From contig JBHGNT010000006.1 of the NCBI GenBank assembly GCA_043228905.1, positions 21,080,001 to 21,144,000 on the forward strand: a stretch of 64,000 nucleotides of DNA, in the 5' to 3' direction. Source of the DNA: Azolla caroliniana. Its lineage: Eukaryota > Plantae > Polypodiophyta. The first letter of the stretch is position 1. Every line of letters starts with the position of its first letter. The position numbers and the translations under genes are program-made. Below the pieces are notes generated by a model. It saw only the letters and a program-made list of their open reading frames with translations. It had not been told where the DNA came from and searched no databases. Of this stretch, positions 38,483 through 52,654 are shown one piece after another.

Positions 38483-40299
38483 ATTATACTTTGAATATGT
38501 CTTTTTTTATGTACTCATGAAAGCCCTCAAATTTGAAGGAAGACCCATTTTCTATTTATTTATTTTTCCGAAAAAAAACTGCTTCCCATTAGTTAGGTGA
38601 ATCGCATATACAAATCAGGCTATGTACACTCTAAGTATCTATAGATACTCTACTATTTACAATTCGCTTCCATATATATAATATCTATCCCTAGGTCTAG
38701 TAAAGGATGACAACATGTAATATGTAGGTTTGGCATTTCCCTAATCATGTAGGAATCAACTGTAAGAAGGGTTTTCTTGCCTTCAAATTTGAGGGTTTAC
38801 CGATGAAGTATTTGATAAGATACACATTTTTATTATTACAAGCATTTACTCCACAATAAAAGAATTTGGTGAAGGTGTGCTCATATTAAACAATGTAATG
38901 AAAAGGTTTAATAGTCGTGAATCGTGATATATCTAACTTGGTGATCTACTTATGAGGGAGTGTATGTCCAACAATGTATTTTCCAATCGCAATTAAATTT
39001 ATAATCAATATTTATGAAGATGTGCGTCATTGGAATCATATCGAAATAATGAGTATGTGCACATATTCGTCATAAGGTTAAATGCACAATTTAATGTAGT
39101 TTTTAAGGGATGTGGAATCTGGATTTGCTTGTGCATCTATCCAAAATTAAAACTAGATTTCACTTCACTTTATAGATTTCTAATGTATCTATAGGTTTTT
39201 TTTAAACGTTCTATGTGTGTAGCTAATTTTTCCAAACACTAATTAGTCCTTTTGATATTGTTTCAAATATATGTTTAGTCAATTAGGGAGTACTAGACTA
39301 CAAGCATGTCTCAAGTCTCTCTACGCACAAAAAACCTTCATGAGATCAGTTACTCCTATATTGCGCTACCTATTTTAATCAATACACATGAAACCACCTA
39401 TAAGTCGTTATTATAGGAGACCATTTGGCTAAATTGCGATAGTATGCATATTTTAGAAAATAGAGTGTCAATATTTTAGAAAAGTAGAGCATATCTATAT
39501 TCTCAACTAGATTTGTGTGGGTTGTTTGTAAACATTTTGATAATGACAACGCAAAGTGATGTGGCTAAAGGCAATCAACCAAACATTGTCCATGATAAGG
39601 TGACTCGTATTAGTCTTGCCAAAACGGTGGCAATTGTGAGTTTTTTCAATATTAAAAGTGAGAGTTTGCCTAGAACAATGCAAATTATTGTTGCAGGGCA
39701 GTTTCCATGATCAATTGGTTGAAGAAGATGGTGAAGTAAGCCAAGAGGAAGGTGGCATTAAGAAAAAGTAGATTTGATGAAGAAACTTGAAAATATGGTT
39801 TGCTGATGAAATTATGGTTTGTGACCGCTAGTGTGGAGATGAGCAATAACTCCTACATTTTATTGATGATGATTTCCTTTCTAATGGAAAATTAAAGAAA
39901 GTGGTATTATACTACAAGACTAGGTCTAACTTCTTGTTTTTGAACAAGGTTCAAACAAGCTATAATAAGATGTTTATCATTTTGGTCTCTCATAGGCCAC
40001 ATTGTCTCCTCTTTAACAGGGAGACGTTGAAACACATCTTTCTTCTTTTTCTTTTATATAATCCACTTGGTTTGACTTGAGGTAAAACATATATATATAT
40101 ATATATATATATACCCATTTAAAAATAGTTTTGATTTATTATTATCATAGAAAACTAATATAAGGGAAGATAATCCGGAATATATTAGTTTTTGAAAAAT
40201 CTTCATATGTATAAACTAATAGTATATATGCCAAAGTTCATGTGAATAGTTGAATATAAATAGTGAGAGTATGCCAAAGTTGAGACATCACATGTACAA

Positions 40300-41230
40300 G
40301 TATCATTGTCACCATGATAGAACTACATCCTCAAATGTGTGTGTATTTTAGCTGGTCCTTGACGATAGTAAGATCACGAGTACCAATGGATGGGTAGTTT
40401 TTTCTCCTTGTGTAGTCAGGTGTTTAACAATAATCTTCACTGTAGCTTTTGAATAGCGCAATAGAGAAGAGGTATCTCATTGGGCTTTGGGATAGTCAAC
40501 ATGATCAATCTCACCTCCTCATCTTTAATTTTTTTCTTGCCTATAAATTTTCATTTCTCAAACAATTGAACAAACTATTTATATTGTTTTGGTTTTTTAC
40601 CTTGCCAACATTTGGCTTCTTTAGAAATGTTGGTACTCTACTACTTCTGGTATTGAGGATTTCCTTTTTATCTAAAACTTCATGAAACTCATATCAATTA
40701 CCATGTTGGAAAGGATATTCCTAATTTTATAGGTGCTCCTCCCACATTTGGGAAATGAGTTATTCCCAATCCTACCATTGCAATTTGCAAGAGTTGCTAA
40801 TAGTTTCTTATTGTCTTTCTCCACCATCTAAAAGTCACCAAATGGAACTTATTTTTAGTTTCAAAAAATAATCTTTGGATTTTAAAATCTAAGAGCCATC
40901 ACTCATAGTCCATAAGTGATTCTAATTCTTCTTGATTTTATTGAATTTGAATGCCTCTTCATGACCATGCATTCCTTGCATTAGAATCCTAGAGATATAC
41001 ATGTATTCTAATATCGCAATCCTTAGTCCAATGTGTGCATCATGCTCTTTGGCCATTGGAGCCCTTGCTTTTCTTGTTTAGATAGGCATCAAAACATTAA
41101 AGATATCATAATTCATGAAGCATGTTTCATCACTTATGGTTTTAGGAATATTCCTCATACATCAAATTAGTGAGGGGATTTATAATTGGTGAGCAAGCCT
41201 CCAAGAGTAAGCAAGTTAAGGTTGTTTTGT
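40300..41230 (-). mobile_element. Possible highly eroded LINE RT relic
   Basis: Only faint residual similarity on the minus strand (e.g. DHVDYPKA resembling DFxKA); no usable ORF. Confidence 0.25.
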
Positions 41231-41620
41231 CATAGCATGTTTCATATAGATGTTTGATACACGATCCACGCTTTTAATGAAGTCATGAATATAGTGATTA
41301 TTGAATTTTGTGAAACTCATTTAAAGACATTTATAATCAAGAAAAATGCTACAATTGGAAGTCATTCGAAAATTCAATTGATATTTAGATTTTGAGTAGA
41401 AATTGCCAAAGTTATGAAAAACTCGGATAATTGGAAAATCAAAATGGATGATGCTTAACATAAGGAGTATATACATTCTTATAATCCTTTCAACCATCCA
41501 TGCTTTTAATATTTTTATGAGGAGAGTGAATATCTATGATCATTGTGAAATCCTATATAGAGAAACTCCAATAACTTCATCACAGAGCAATGATTAAAGT
41601 TTCACCTCATATCAAGGAGT

Positions 41621-41925
41621 TGTTGTTACCTATAAGTTATAACCAATTAGCAACACATCTAATGAATTTTGAGTGCCACACTATGAAATCGTGAGCATCT
41701 TAGAAATTAGGAGTTTCACAAAATATTCTAACCATACGAGTGTGTGATTATCACGTTGAAAATTTTAACAATACAAGTGTGTTGCTAATCATGTTGTTAC
41801 CTATAACCAATTAGCGACACATCTAACGAATTTCGAGTGTGACACTATGAAACTGTGAGCATATTAGAAATTAGGAGTTTCACAAAATATTCTAACAATA
41901 CAAATGTGTGATTATCATGTTAAAA
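41621..41925. repeat. ~165-bp tandem duplication
   Basis: TATAACCAATTAGC.ACACATCTAA.GAATTT.GAGTG..ACACTATGAAA...TAGAAATTAGGAGTTTCACAAAATATTCTAAC occurs twice. Confidence 0.85.
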
Positions 41926-44900
41926 ATTGAAAATTTAGTGTTATGGAAAAATTATTTTGCTATTCTAGCGAAGATAATATTTTGTCGCACCATGAGTATA
42001 TAACTATAATATCCATTGACTTTTTTGATTACCTGTTCAAGACTTGAACACTTTAAGTGACATGGGTTACCTCCACTAGTTCATCATAACAAAATGTTTG
42101 GGAAACTTGTATCAATTCCATTAATTATGTATATTTTGCTTCAACAAAAGAAAATGAATGAGACTCCTTATTGTTGTGTTTTTTTTTTTCAAAAAGATAC
42201 TACCTCCATTAGTTAAGACCATGTACATAGGATAATATATAACTCATATGTTACAAACCAATTTACATGGCTACAAAGAAACCAACATGTATAAGGGAAT
42301 CAACAAAGCCTCAAACTGACCGCTTCATCCGATGAGCACAATATCACTTGACAAAATCCCCTCAACATGAGCCTCACACAACCCACAATCAACATAGACA
42401 TCCTCCAATCTCTTTACATTTCAGCACCCACCTCTATGTTTGGTACCCTCGGAGGAAACAACCATTGGAATGGCTGATAAATCCACTTTGCATTGCCATC
42501 CACCATTTGCAACATTGAAGAACCTCTCCATTTTAGAAGGAAACGGCCTCTAGCTTCTTCACTCGCATCAGAGGGCTCCTGAAGGCTGTCAAACTCTCCT
42601 TGTAAGTAACGTAGAAATAAGATTAAACCAAATTAGCATTAAACTCTTAGCCGGTGGGGTTCGCTTACCGGTAAATGACTCCTTGCACCTAGATACCCAC
42701 ACTTGCCAAACGTAAACAATGGTCAAAACTAGATAGACCAATTATACATACACATGTAGTTGGATTATTATTCATTACCACATTATATATATGGGTTCCA
42801 AAGTATGCCTCTAACTAGATACCAATAGCTTAAAATATCGTAAATAATATAGCATAAAATGTAGCAAAAAATAAACCGTCTACACATAAAATGTAGATAT
42901 GAGTAGCTTGAAATATAGTAAATAATATAGCATAAGATGTAGCCTTAAGTGGACAGTGTAATAGTTAACATAACAAATCTGGTAAGTTTACACATCCTAT
43001 AACATAATATTGAGTATATAGTATATTATACCCATTGACTAGTTACATTATGGAGATTGATTATTTAACTAAAAATGATTTCTTTTATTGATGAATCATT
43101 ATAAATGTTTTGGAGGAACTCAACCATTGGCTTACATATAATTTTCTTTGATCATATGGGTTCTAATGAGTTCCTTTAATTCATTGTATAACTCTAACTC
43201 AAAATATCACAAAAGGATGAATGACAACAAAAAACCTAAACTTTATAATATATTGAAATTGGAGCAATACTTCTCACCATAAGAATCCTATATAAGTTCA
43301 TCCATACTATGTTCTACTATCCAAACTTTACTAAACTCTTGCAGTTGTGTTCATAACGTCCCAATGCTAAATAATATCATCATGTGATGTGCTAATAGTT
43401 TCTGTTCAATACAACAACAATTAGCGAATATTATCTTTAGATTATCAATTAGTTTTTAACGTAGATTCTTAGATAGTAATCTCATTTGGGATTAACATAC
43501 ATTTATTTTATTTGGAACATTACTTTGACCCTATGTCTTGCGAATAATATTGATACGTTTCTGACTCTTAATATTTAGTTTTACAAATAATTTGCAATTC
43601 TCTAAATATATTTCACAGTGCATACATGTGCCACATTTGATGTTTGATTTTTCGTTTTCATTTCCTAAAAACTTTAAACCCATGCATGTGCCATATGAGA
43701 ATGTGCACATGTGCACCACACGACTTTTCTATTTTCCATTTGTATCAATGTGGATAGACCACATTAGTATATATTAATAATGTAATCTCCAATTTTATTA
43801 TACATTTCCCATTCGAATGCACACATAGACATCAATCATAGTGAGATGTGACAATTATTAAGAAGCGTAGAAGATTTGGTAGCGTCGGTGGTTCTTAATG
43901 AGTAACGTGAATAACAATATTTATGTTAGCATCTCATTACCCATATTCCATAATCCTATAGCTAAATACTTGTGTTTATAATTGAGTTCATATTGTCTAT
44001 TGTCCTTAGGTTATTCAACTCCATGTCCAAAATTTGAAGTCAACCAAACTTGTGAGCATTATAACGATGATTTGTTTGTTTTGACAACATTAATGCGTTT
44101 GGAAATATTAGAAAGGTCGGTTCATTGCTCATGGACACATTTCTCTTTCATATAAAGGGAGAAAGCTCCTTTCAATGGGGGAGGTGTTGCTACTAGAAAC
44201 TAGTAATATGTGAAGTCGATAGAATAAGGACTATTTTGTTGCAAATTGAGGTGCATATGCATTATTTATAACCTGCTTGAAGAACAATTACACATAACGA
44301 CAAGCCAATGGAAATCTATGAGGAAAACATCAACATATTATAATTCAAGAGAGGAACTTCCCGTTCTTGTATTTGCATATAGTTATGTTTGTGTATGTGG
44401 TTGTGTCTGTGTCTATATCTATATGTATATCTATGAGTAAATGTGGATGTGGATTTGGTGTAGATGGAGAATGAAGCATATGTAGATGTATCATGTATAT
44501 ATGCACTTCTATGTTCATTTGCAAATGCACAATGCACATGTGTGTGTACATGCTATTAACAAGTACACCTTTAGAAGTACCAGACATGGTTTAGCACCAA
44601 TATGCTACCATATGTGCAAATGTGCCCCATATTAGGAGCAATATCAAAACCATCTCCTCTAGTTTGACACATATGACAATATATCTTTGGATATACACCT
44701 TTTTTTCCCCAAAAAGTGCTACTTTCCCATTAGTTAGGAGAGATTTTTACAAAAAGACTACGCAAGAAAACGGGGAATCACGCTCTGGCCAAGTTCAAGA
44801 ATATGAGACTATGTAAATATCCCCTCTTACTTTCTACTTAATGTTAGTAGGTATCTAGAGCTATAAACTAGTGGTAATCATCACCGGCCATCGCGAGCTA

Positions 44901-47900
44901 GATCCTTTGTCCTGTAACAGAGGGATGGTGGGAGGTGAGTAGGAAACAACCAACGTGTGGGCTGGTATTTTCACCTCGGGCCGTTTCCTCCTTGCATCAC
45001 CATCGACGTGTTCCTCCATTTTTGCCAAAAGCGTAAGCTAGCAGTGACCACGTCGTGGAGTGGTTGCAAACCTTGTCTAGTTGTCCTCGTAGGCAGTTGT
45101 TAATAATTAGGTAACTAAGCAAGGGTTAATTAGTACCTAATTATGTGATTAAGTTAAGCTGAAAATTAAGTGATATGTGTGTGTATGTGTGTGAGAGGAA
45201 GAGAGAGAGAAAATTAACGCTTATGAACGACAAGGCAAGATGGGGGATGATTAACTATATTAAAAAGCATCATCAAATACAAAAATACCCACAATGCGGT
45301 ATATATACATCTCATGTGCAAAGGTGCACATGTGAGTAAAATATAGGTACAAAGGTGTAAGTCCTATATTAAATGATCATGGGTGTGGAGGATCTACAAT
45401 GTATCCCACTCAAGTACCAAATCCTATTTAAGGCTTTAAGGTCAACAAAGTAACTAGATTCTATCTAGGTAACTACTAAGTTACGTGTGTTGACTAGCTA
45501 ACTAAATCCAGTTGAGCTTGATATCTCAACAACAACTGATAATCGTGAACCAAATCCATGATCAATTCATTTGGGGGGCGTACTAGATCTTGGACAACCT
45601 TTAGGCAATGTGCTTTCCACACATACCAAAGGTGAAGCCTACGATCAACATCCAAATCTCCTAAAAACGAGGGGATGCGGTCTTCAAGCCTCTCTCAAAA
45701 TGAGCCTCTCTCAAAATCGGTCTTGACGAGTTTACCTCTTGTGCATTCATAGCACCAACTGCTTGCATTGAAGGCATCCATCCAGCTATCGGCCAAGGGA
45801 TTGATCCAAGGCACCGCGCTCCACGATGTTGTCCCTTCCACTTCACAAGTAGCTAGGAGGTGAGTCATCCGGTTGTTGGAGATGAGGCTGTCAAAGCAGA
45901 CTCAGGAACAACATCTCGGTGTTGAAGAACAACAAGTTGATAGACTAAATCAAGATGAGCAACCAAAGACAACTTGATAGAGATCAAGATCAAAGAAACA
46001 TAATTTGTGAGAGAGATAGAGAGGCACACCATGTAACAATCTTACTCAAAACATTACAATACAAAAAAATGCCAACAAAAAAATCATGATGAACTAGGTT
46101 ACAACGTTAGTTATATAATAACTGAGCTAGGGCAACTGCCCTTTGGTCTAATTACAGATATATCCTAAACCTAGTCTGTCGGAGTGGGATAGTGTGAATA
46201 CGGCCTTTATACATCTGTATTCGACACTCCCTCGTAATGGGTGTATACATTAACAAGAGACTGGTAATACAAAACAAAAGATACATAATATACAAATAGA
46301 TGCTTGGATAGATCATCTTATAGTTGAATCGGTAATGGCCAAAAGAAATAGAGGCCGAATCGGCTGGTTCGAGAGTAGAAGCCAGATTAGATGTCAAGGC
46401 AAATTGTTCGAAGCTATCTCTGTTGTCTAACTCGATCAGACTGATTTCTCCTTAAACCCATATGGTGCCTCAATGACCTAAACCGGTCAGCCAAAAGACA
46501 CTTGGTCATCCCGTCTGCTACGTTGTCGACTGTAGAGATTTTCTCGAGGCCGTGCTTCTCGGAAGTTACGTCGTCCTAAACGAAGTGATACTGAATGTTG
46601 ATATGCTGGAGGCGTTTTGATGAAATGGGTTTTTCAACAAGGCGACAACACCCCGAACTGTTGTTGTAGATGTTGGGAATATGTCCCTCTAGTGGGAGGA
46701 ACCGACAGTTTGGGCCAAGAAGTGCCAATAGTCGAAGACAAGGAGGAGCCAACTATTTGGACTGAGTGCTGATGGTTGAAGATTCGACTGCGAGAAAGTC
46801 AACTGGGTGAGCCGATAGGACGGAGATCCAAGTCGAAGACACGATCGACTAGTCGGGCTGACCAAATGGTTGATGATTAGGCCAACTAGTCGGACGGACT
46901 GGACAGTCGACACTAGAGTCGGCTGATGGCTACTTATTATTATAGATAATAATAGTAGTGATGTGTAGTAGGGGCAACGTTTGTAAATAGCCCATATGAT
47001 GTATGGGTATAAATACAGCTAGGGCAAACGAGTAGTGTGTTGTGAGTTGAGAAGTGAGTGTGTGTGAGCGTGAGAGAGAGCGATAGCAAAGTTCAGTGAA
47101 TTTGCTAAGAACCCTAAGAGGGTTATCCTCTGTGTGTTAGAGAAGATTGGAACCGTTTTTCTATACTCTCTTGTGTATATGGAATCTTTGTTCCTGTGGT
47201 TTTCCCTGTTTAGGGTTTCCATGTAAAACTGTGTATTCGTGTATTTGTTGTGTTTTTGTCTTTCCTCGATATTATATATTCCACAATCGGTTTTTCTCAC
47301 GATTAGAAGGGAGCTAATCCCATCAAATTGGTATCATAGCTTGAGGTGCAAGCATGGAAGGAGGTGTGAGCGGCTTCCCAGGTATGATAGTTCTAAACTC
47401 ACAGAACTATGCAGACTGGAAGATAAAGATGGAGGACCTTCTCATAGTCAAAGACCTGTACGAGTTGATTAATAGAGCATAAATACCCATGGGGGTATTA
47501 GAGTCGGAATGGAAAATTCTTAACAGAAAGGCGGTGGCCACCATCTGACAGTCCGTCGATGTAAGTGTCCTTCAGCATGTGGCGAACGACACAAAGGTCC
47601 ACGAGATGTGGCAGAAGCTATTAGGTCAATACGAGCGGAAGAATGCTCTAAATAAAACCTCACTGATGAGAAAGATCGCACGACTGAAATACAGAGACGG
47701 TGAGAGCAACATCGAACACATCAACACATTCATGGGGAATGTAAATCAACTTGCTGCAACCAAGTTTCCCAATGATGATGCGATGCAGGCCATCCTACTA
47801 ATGTGCACACTGCCGGATAGCTGGGAGAACCTGGTGGTTACTCTCAGCACCTCCTGTCAAGAAGAGAACTTGTCTTTACAAGTGGTGAAGACAAGCATCC

Positions 47901-49344
47901 TGAATGAGGAAGCGAGAAGGAAGGACAAGGGTGTCCTGTCTCATTCCGATGCGAATGTGTCACAACATTCGGATAGAGGAAGGAACCGACAAAGGAGTCC
48001 ACCAAGGAGAGAAAAGTCCCATGCCAGATCGAAGTTCAAAGGTAAGCTAAAATGCTTTTATTGTGGAAAGCCTCAACATTTCCAGAAGGACTGCCGACAT
48101 CTTAAGAAGGACAAGAGTGTCGGTAATACTGTCGAACCCAGGAAGATTCCTGATGAAAAGAGCACTTCAGCCATTGCTACGAGCAATGAAGAACTCCTGT
48201 TCATTTGAGAACAGGCAAGTGCAAATATTGCAAGAGAAGAATGCACTTGAGTGATTGACTCCGGTGCATCTTTCCATATAACTCTGTCGAGAGAGTATTT
48301 CTCAACTTACATAGCCGATGATCATGGCTATGTAAAGATGGGTGATAATTGAGAGTGCAAGGTAGCCGGAGTTGGAAGTGTCTACTTGATGACGCCAACA
48401 GGGTGTTGGCTAGCTCTAAAGCATGTTCGAAACGTCCCCGATATCAGATTGAATCATGATATCGACTAGAAAGATGGACAATGAAGGCTAGAGTGGTTGC
48501 TTCCGAAACGACAAGTGGAAGTTCTGTTGTGGAAACCTCATAGTGGTCAGAGCACAGAAAGAAGGCACACTATACATGATGTATGCCCCCTTGTGCAAGT
48601 CAGAAGTGAATGTGGCAACCAACTCGAGTGGAGATTTATGGCATAAGAGGCTAGGCCACATGAGTGAGAAATGTCTGCATCTGTTAGCCGACCAAAAACT
48701 TCTGCTAGAAGTAAAGGGAGTGCACCTGGAGAAGTGCGTCGACTACTTCGTTGGAAAGTAGAACAGAGCAACATTCCACTCAAGACCACCAAGAAGAAGA
48801 GAAGTGCTATTGGAACTAGTACACACGGATGTCTGTTATGTGGATGCTCCGTCGCATCGAGGCGGACAATACTTTGTGACATTCATCGATGACTACAGTC
48901 GGAAGTTGTGGGCTTTCATACTAAAGTCTAAAGATCAAGTAATTTCTTTTTTCAAGGAGTTCCAAGCAAGAGCCGAACGGGAGTCAGGTCGGAAGTTGAC
49001 GGCTATTTGAGTCGACAATGGTGGCGAATATAAAGGGCAGTTTGAGGAATACTTCAAGGCCTACGGTGTATTCGAATCGAATACATTGTACCAAAGAACC
49101 CTGAGTTCAACGGGCTTGTAGAGAGGATGAATCGAACAATCATGGAGAGAGTAAGGAGCATCCTCTCTCATGCTAAACTGTCGAAATCGTATTGGGCTGA
49201 GGCGATGTACACCGAGGTTTACCTGAGCAACAGGTCCCCCTCAGTACCACTGAAAGGTGATGTCCCACAAAGGGTGTCGACAGGAAAAGATGTCTCCTAC
49301 TGACACCTACGGGTGTTCGGTGTCATGAAGACAACATTTTGGCT

Positions 49345-49407
49345 TATCAAGAATCGAACCCACGACTTCTTGGTCTATGTGTTGAAACCTTAACCATTGT
49401 AATAACA
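49345..49407 (-). other. tRNA-like A/B-box cassette in U3 of solo LTR H (antisense)
   Basis: Minus strand TATTACAATGGTTAAGG ... GTCGTGGGTTCGATTCT, 44 nt between box starts. Confidence 0.65.
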
Positions 49408-50001
49408 TATATGTTGTGTGATTATAATAATTATATTTTTAGTTATTACGAGATATTAGAATATTCTAGAACATTCTAGAATATTCTAGAACATCCTTTA
49501 ATATTTCATGATTATATTTCTTATCATAAAAATCTAAAATATTCTAGAACATTCTAGAATACTCCATAAGGATCTATAAATAAGTGTCCATACATTCATT
49601 TCAACTCATTTGGTTCAACACCAATCTTTAGCCCTTAGCCTACTCATTAATAGGATCAGTACTAAGACAGAGAAGGAATTAGTACTAAAAGATGAGGATT
49701 AGTACTAAGAGAGATGTAGAACTCTCGAGAGAAGGAAAGAGTGAGAGAGAGAGAGAGATAGAGAGAGAAAAAGGGTGAGAGAGAATGATGATATATATTA
49801 TGTGAAGAGAGTATACAATAGTAGCTAGGAGGCTTAAGACTGGCGTTGAACCGATTTGGTTCGAAATAATGCCTTGTGTCTCCTTTTATAGTGTTCTTAG
49901 GAGTACTCCTGAAGTTTCTAGAATGTTCTAGAGAAATCTGGAATATACATCAATTTTCTATAATAAAACTAAATGAAAATAATATTCTATGTATTACAAT
50001 G

Positions 50002-50065
50002 TATGGTCTAATGGTTAAGAGCTTGACCCATGTAGCATAAGGTCATGGGTTCGAGTCTTGCCATA
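50002..50065 (+). other. tRNA-like A/B-box cassette in U3 of the Gypsy I 3' LTR (antisense to element)
   Basis: TGGTCTAATGGTTAAGAG ... AGGTCATGGGTTCGAGTCT, 44-nt spacing; acceptor stem does not pair. Confidence 0.7.
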
Positions 50066-52654
50066 TCATGACATTTCTATCCCCCCTTTAAAACGACGAG
50101 TGTCACGAGTCGTTTTGGATTGAGCACCCGGTTTGTCTGGATATTGACGATGGAAGTCTTCAAGAAGAGCACGAGCATTGGTCACATTCTCTATCGGTTC
50201 CCAAGTACGCTCGCTGGGGTTATATCCTAGCCAATCGACTAGATAGTAGAGCTTGTTGCGAACAATCTTGGAATCATGGATGGTAGCAACCTCGTACTTA
50301 GGTCCATCTTCAAGCTCGATCAGGGGTGGAGGCTGCGTAATACGTCTTGGGATGGTGCTCTCTTGATAGGGTTCGAGGAGGGAACTATGAAACACCAGAT
50401 GTATCGGAAGTTGCGGAGGTAGATCGAGACGAAAAGCAACATCATTAATCTTTCCTATAATACGGAGAGGACCTAATCGCCGATAATCTAACTTCTCGCA
50501 TGGGCGAGTAGTCTTGATGTGTCGTCATAGTAGCCATACCCGATCTCCAATGTTAAAACCGGATGGAAGTCGATGACGATCCGCGTAAACCTTGTGTGTT
50601 TGTTGAGCTTGTTGGAGATGAGTAGATAAATCGGCTTGTATTTTGCGCAAGGATTTGTGGACAACTCTAGGGTTTCAAATACACACCACTGGGGGTGACA
50701 ACCCATATAAGCATAAAATGGCGTAACTTTAGTCGATGCGTGGATAGAGTTATTATAGGCAAATTCAGCGAAGTGGAGAATATATGCCCAGTCATCCTGA
50801 TTATAGCTTAGAAAGCACCGAAGATACTGCTCTAGAATTTGATTTGTTCGTTCTACTTGGCTATCGGTTTGTGGGTGGTAGCCGGAGGAGAGGTTACAAG
50901 TGACTTTGAGCATTTTAAAAAGGTGCTTCCAGAATTTCGATACGAACTGGGTTCCACGATCGCTGATGATACTATCGGGAAGGCCATGATGCTGACATAC
51001 TTCACGCATGACAATTTTCTTCACTGGAGATTTCCTTAGTACATGGCAAGAAATGAGCCATCTTCGTATATCGATCTACGACTGTTAGAATCGCATTGAA
51101 CCCCTTAGAGACTGGAAGATCTGTGATAAAGTCTAGAGCAATAGAGCAATGGATTTCCACAGCTTGCTCGGAATTGGTAATGGTTCTAATAAACCATATG
51201 GACGATGCCTTGGCATTTTCGCTCTGGAGCATGTATCACAAGTCCGAACAAAATCTTCGACAAATTGTCGCATACGGAGCCACCAAAATGATCGTTGTAC
51301 TAAATCTAATGTTTTAGTACTACCAAAATGCCCAGCTGTATATGTGTCATGATAGTTTTGGACTACTTGAAGCTGGCAAGAACCATTAGGAACATACAAG
51401 ATTTCATTAAAGAATAGTAATCCATCATGGTATTTGAATTGCCGATAGTCCGTACCTGGTGGTTGTGACTGTGAACAAGATGCTCGAGAGGGATCAATTT
51501 GTGCTAGAATGGCTTGGGCGAAAACATTGGTCTTCAAGTCCTCACGTATAGTATTGATAACGTGGGAATCCATGGGCATGCCAAAGATCTGTGTTGCTTG
51601 CAGTCGCGTCGGTCCCAAGATTACTTGCTTTTGGTTATCAAAAGCTGGCTCGCTGGGATGCGGTGATAGGTACAAACGCCGTGATAATGCATCTACCTTC
51701 CCTTGGTGCTTCCTCGGACGATATGTAATTTTGAAGTCAAAACGAGTGAGGAAGTGGGCAAGGTTTTTGTGGTCATTGAATACAGTGACTTGATGAGAGG
51801 ATCCCTCTAGAAAATGCCTCCATTGCATAAAAGAGTCCACTATTGCCAATAGCTCCTTATCATGAATTTCATAGTTGATTTTGGCGGCGTCAAACTTGCG
51901 TGAGTGAAAAGCCACAGGATGTAGCTTCTCATCATTACCCCATTGTGATAGAATGCTCCCTAATGCGAAATCCGATGCGTCTGCTTCAATAATGAATGGT
52001 TTTTCTAGATTAACATGAGCTAGAATTGGAGTAGATGTAAATGCCTTTTTAAGAATCTCGAAAGACATGTCCGCTTCTTCAGACCAAACGAACGATTGTC
52101 CCTTCCAAGTAAGCTGTGTGAGAGGCAAAGCGAGCTTTGAGTAATCCTGTATGAACTTCCGGTAAAAATTGGCAAAGCCTAAAAAGCATTGCACATCTCG
52201 CACCGAACGCGGAGTCTGCCACTCTACCACATTTTTGACCTTAGCTGGGTCCATGGAGATGCCTTCCAAGGAAATGACATAGCCTAGAAATTTCACCTGG
52301 TTACACCCAAAACTACATTTTTCCAGCTTTGCATAAAGACCATGTTCTCGAAGTTGTTTTAGTACTAACAATACATGAGAATCATGCTCTTCTTGGGTCT
52401 TCGAATCATTTGCCATGTGCTGGAAGACTACTGGCGCATTAGTGAGGCCGAACGGCATGACCGTATACTCGAAGTGCCCATATCTGGGGCGAAACACGGT
52501 CTTCCATTCATCTCATGGTCAGATCCGTACGAGGTTATAGGCTCCCCGTAAGTCGATCTTCGTGAAGAACCTTGCACCATTGATATGTTCTAAAAGACTT
52601 GAGATAAGGGGAAGTGCATACCTATTTCTGATTGTAACCTTATTCAAGCCATGG

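Noticed and set aside
50002-50065. Functional tRNA genes at the A/B-box cassettes (also 14937, 49345, 56412, 63941)
   Set aside because: Acceptor and anticodon stems do not pair convincingly and the cassettes are duplicated as parts of LTRs; reported as tRNA-like only.
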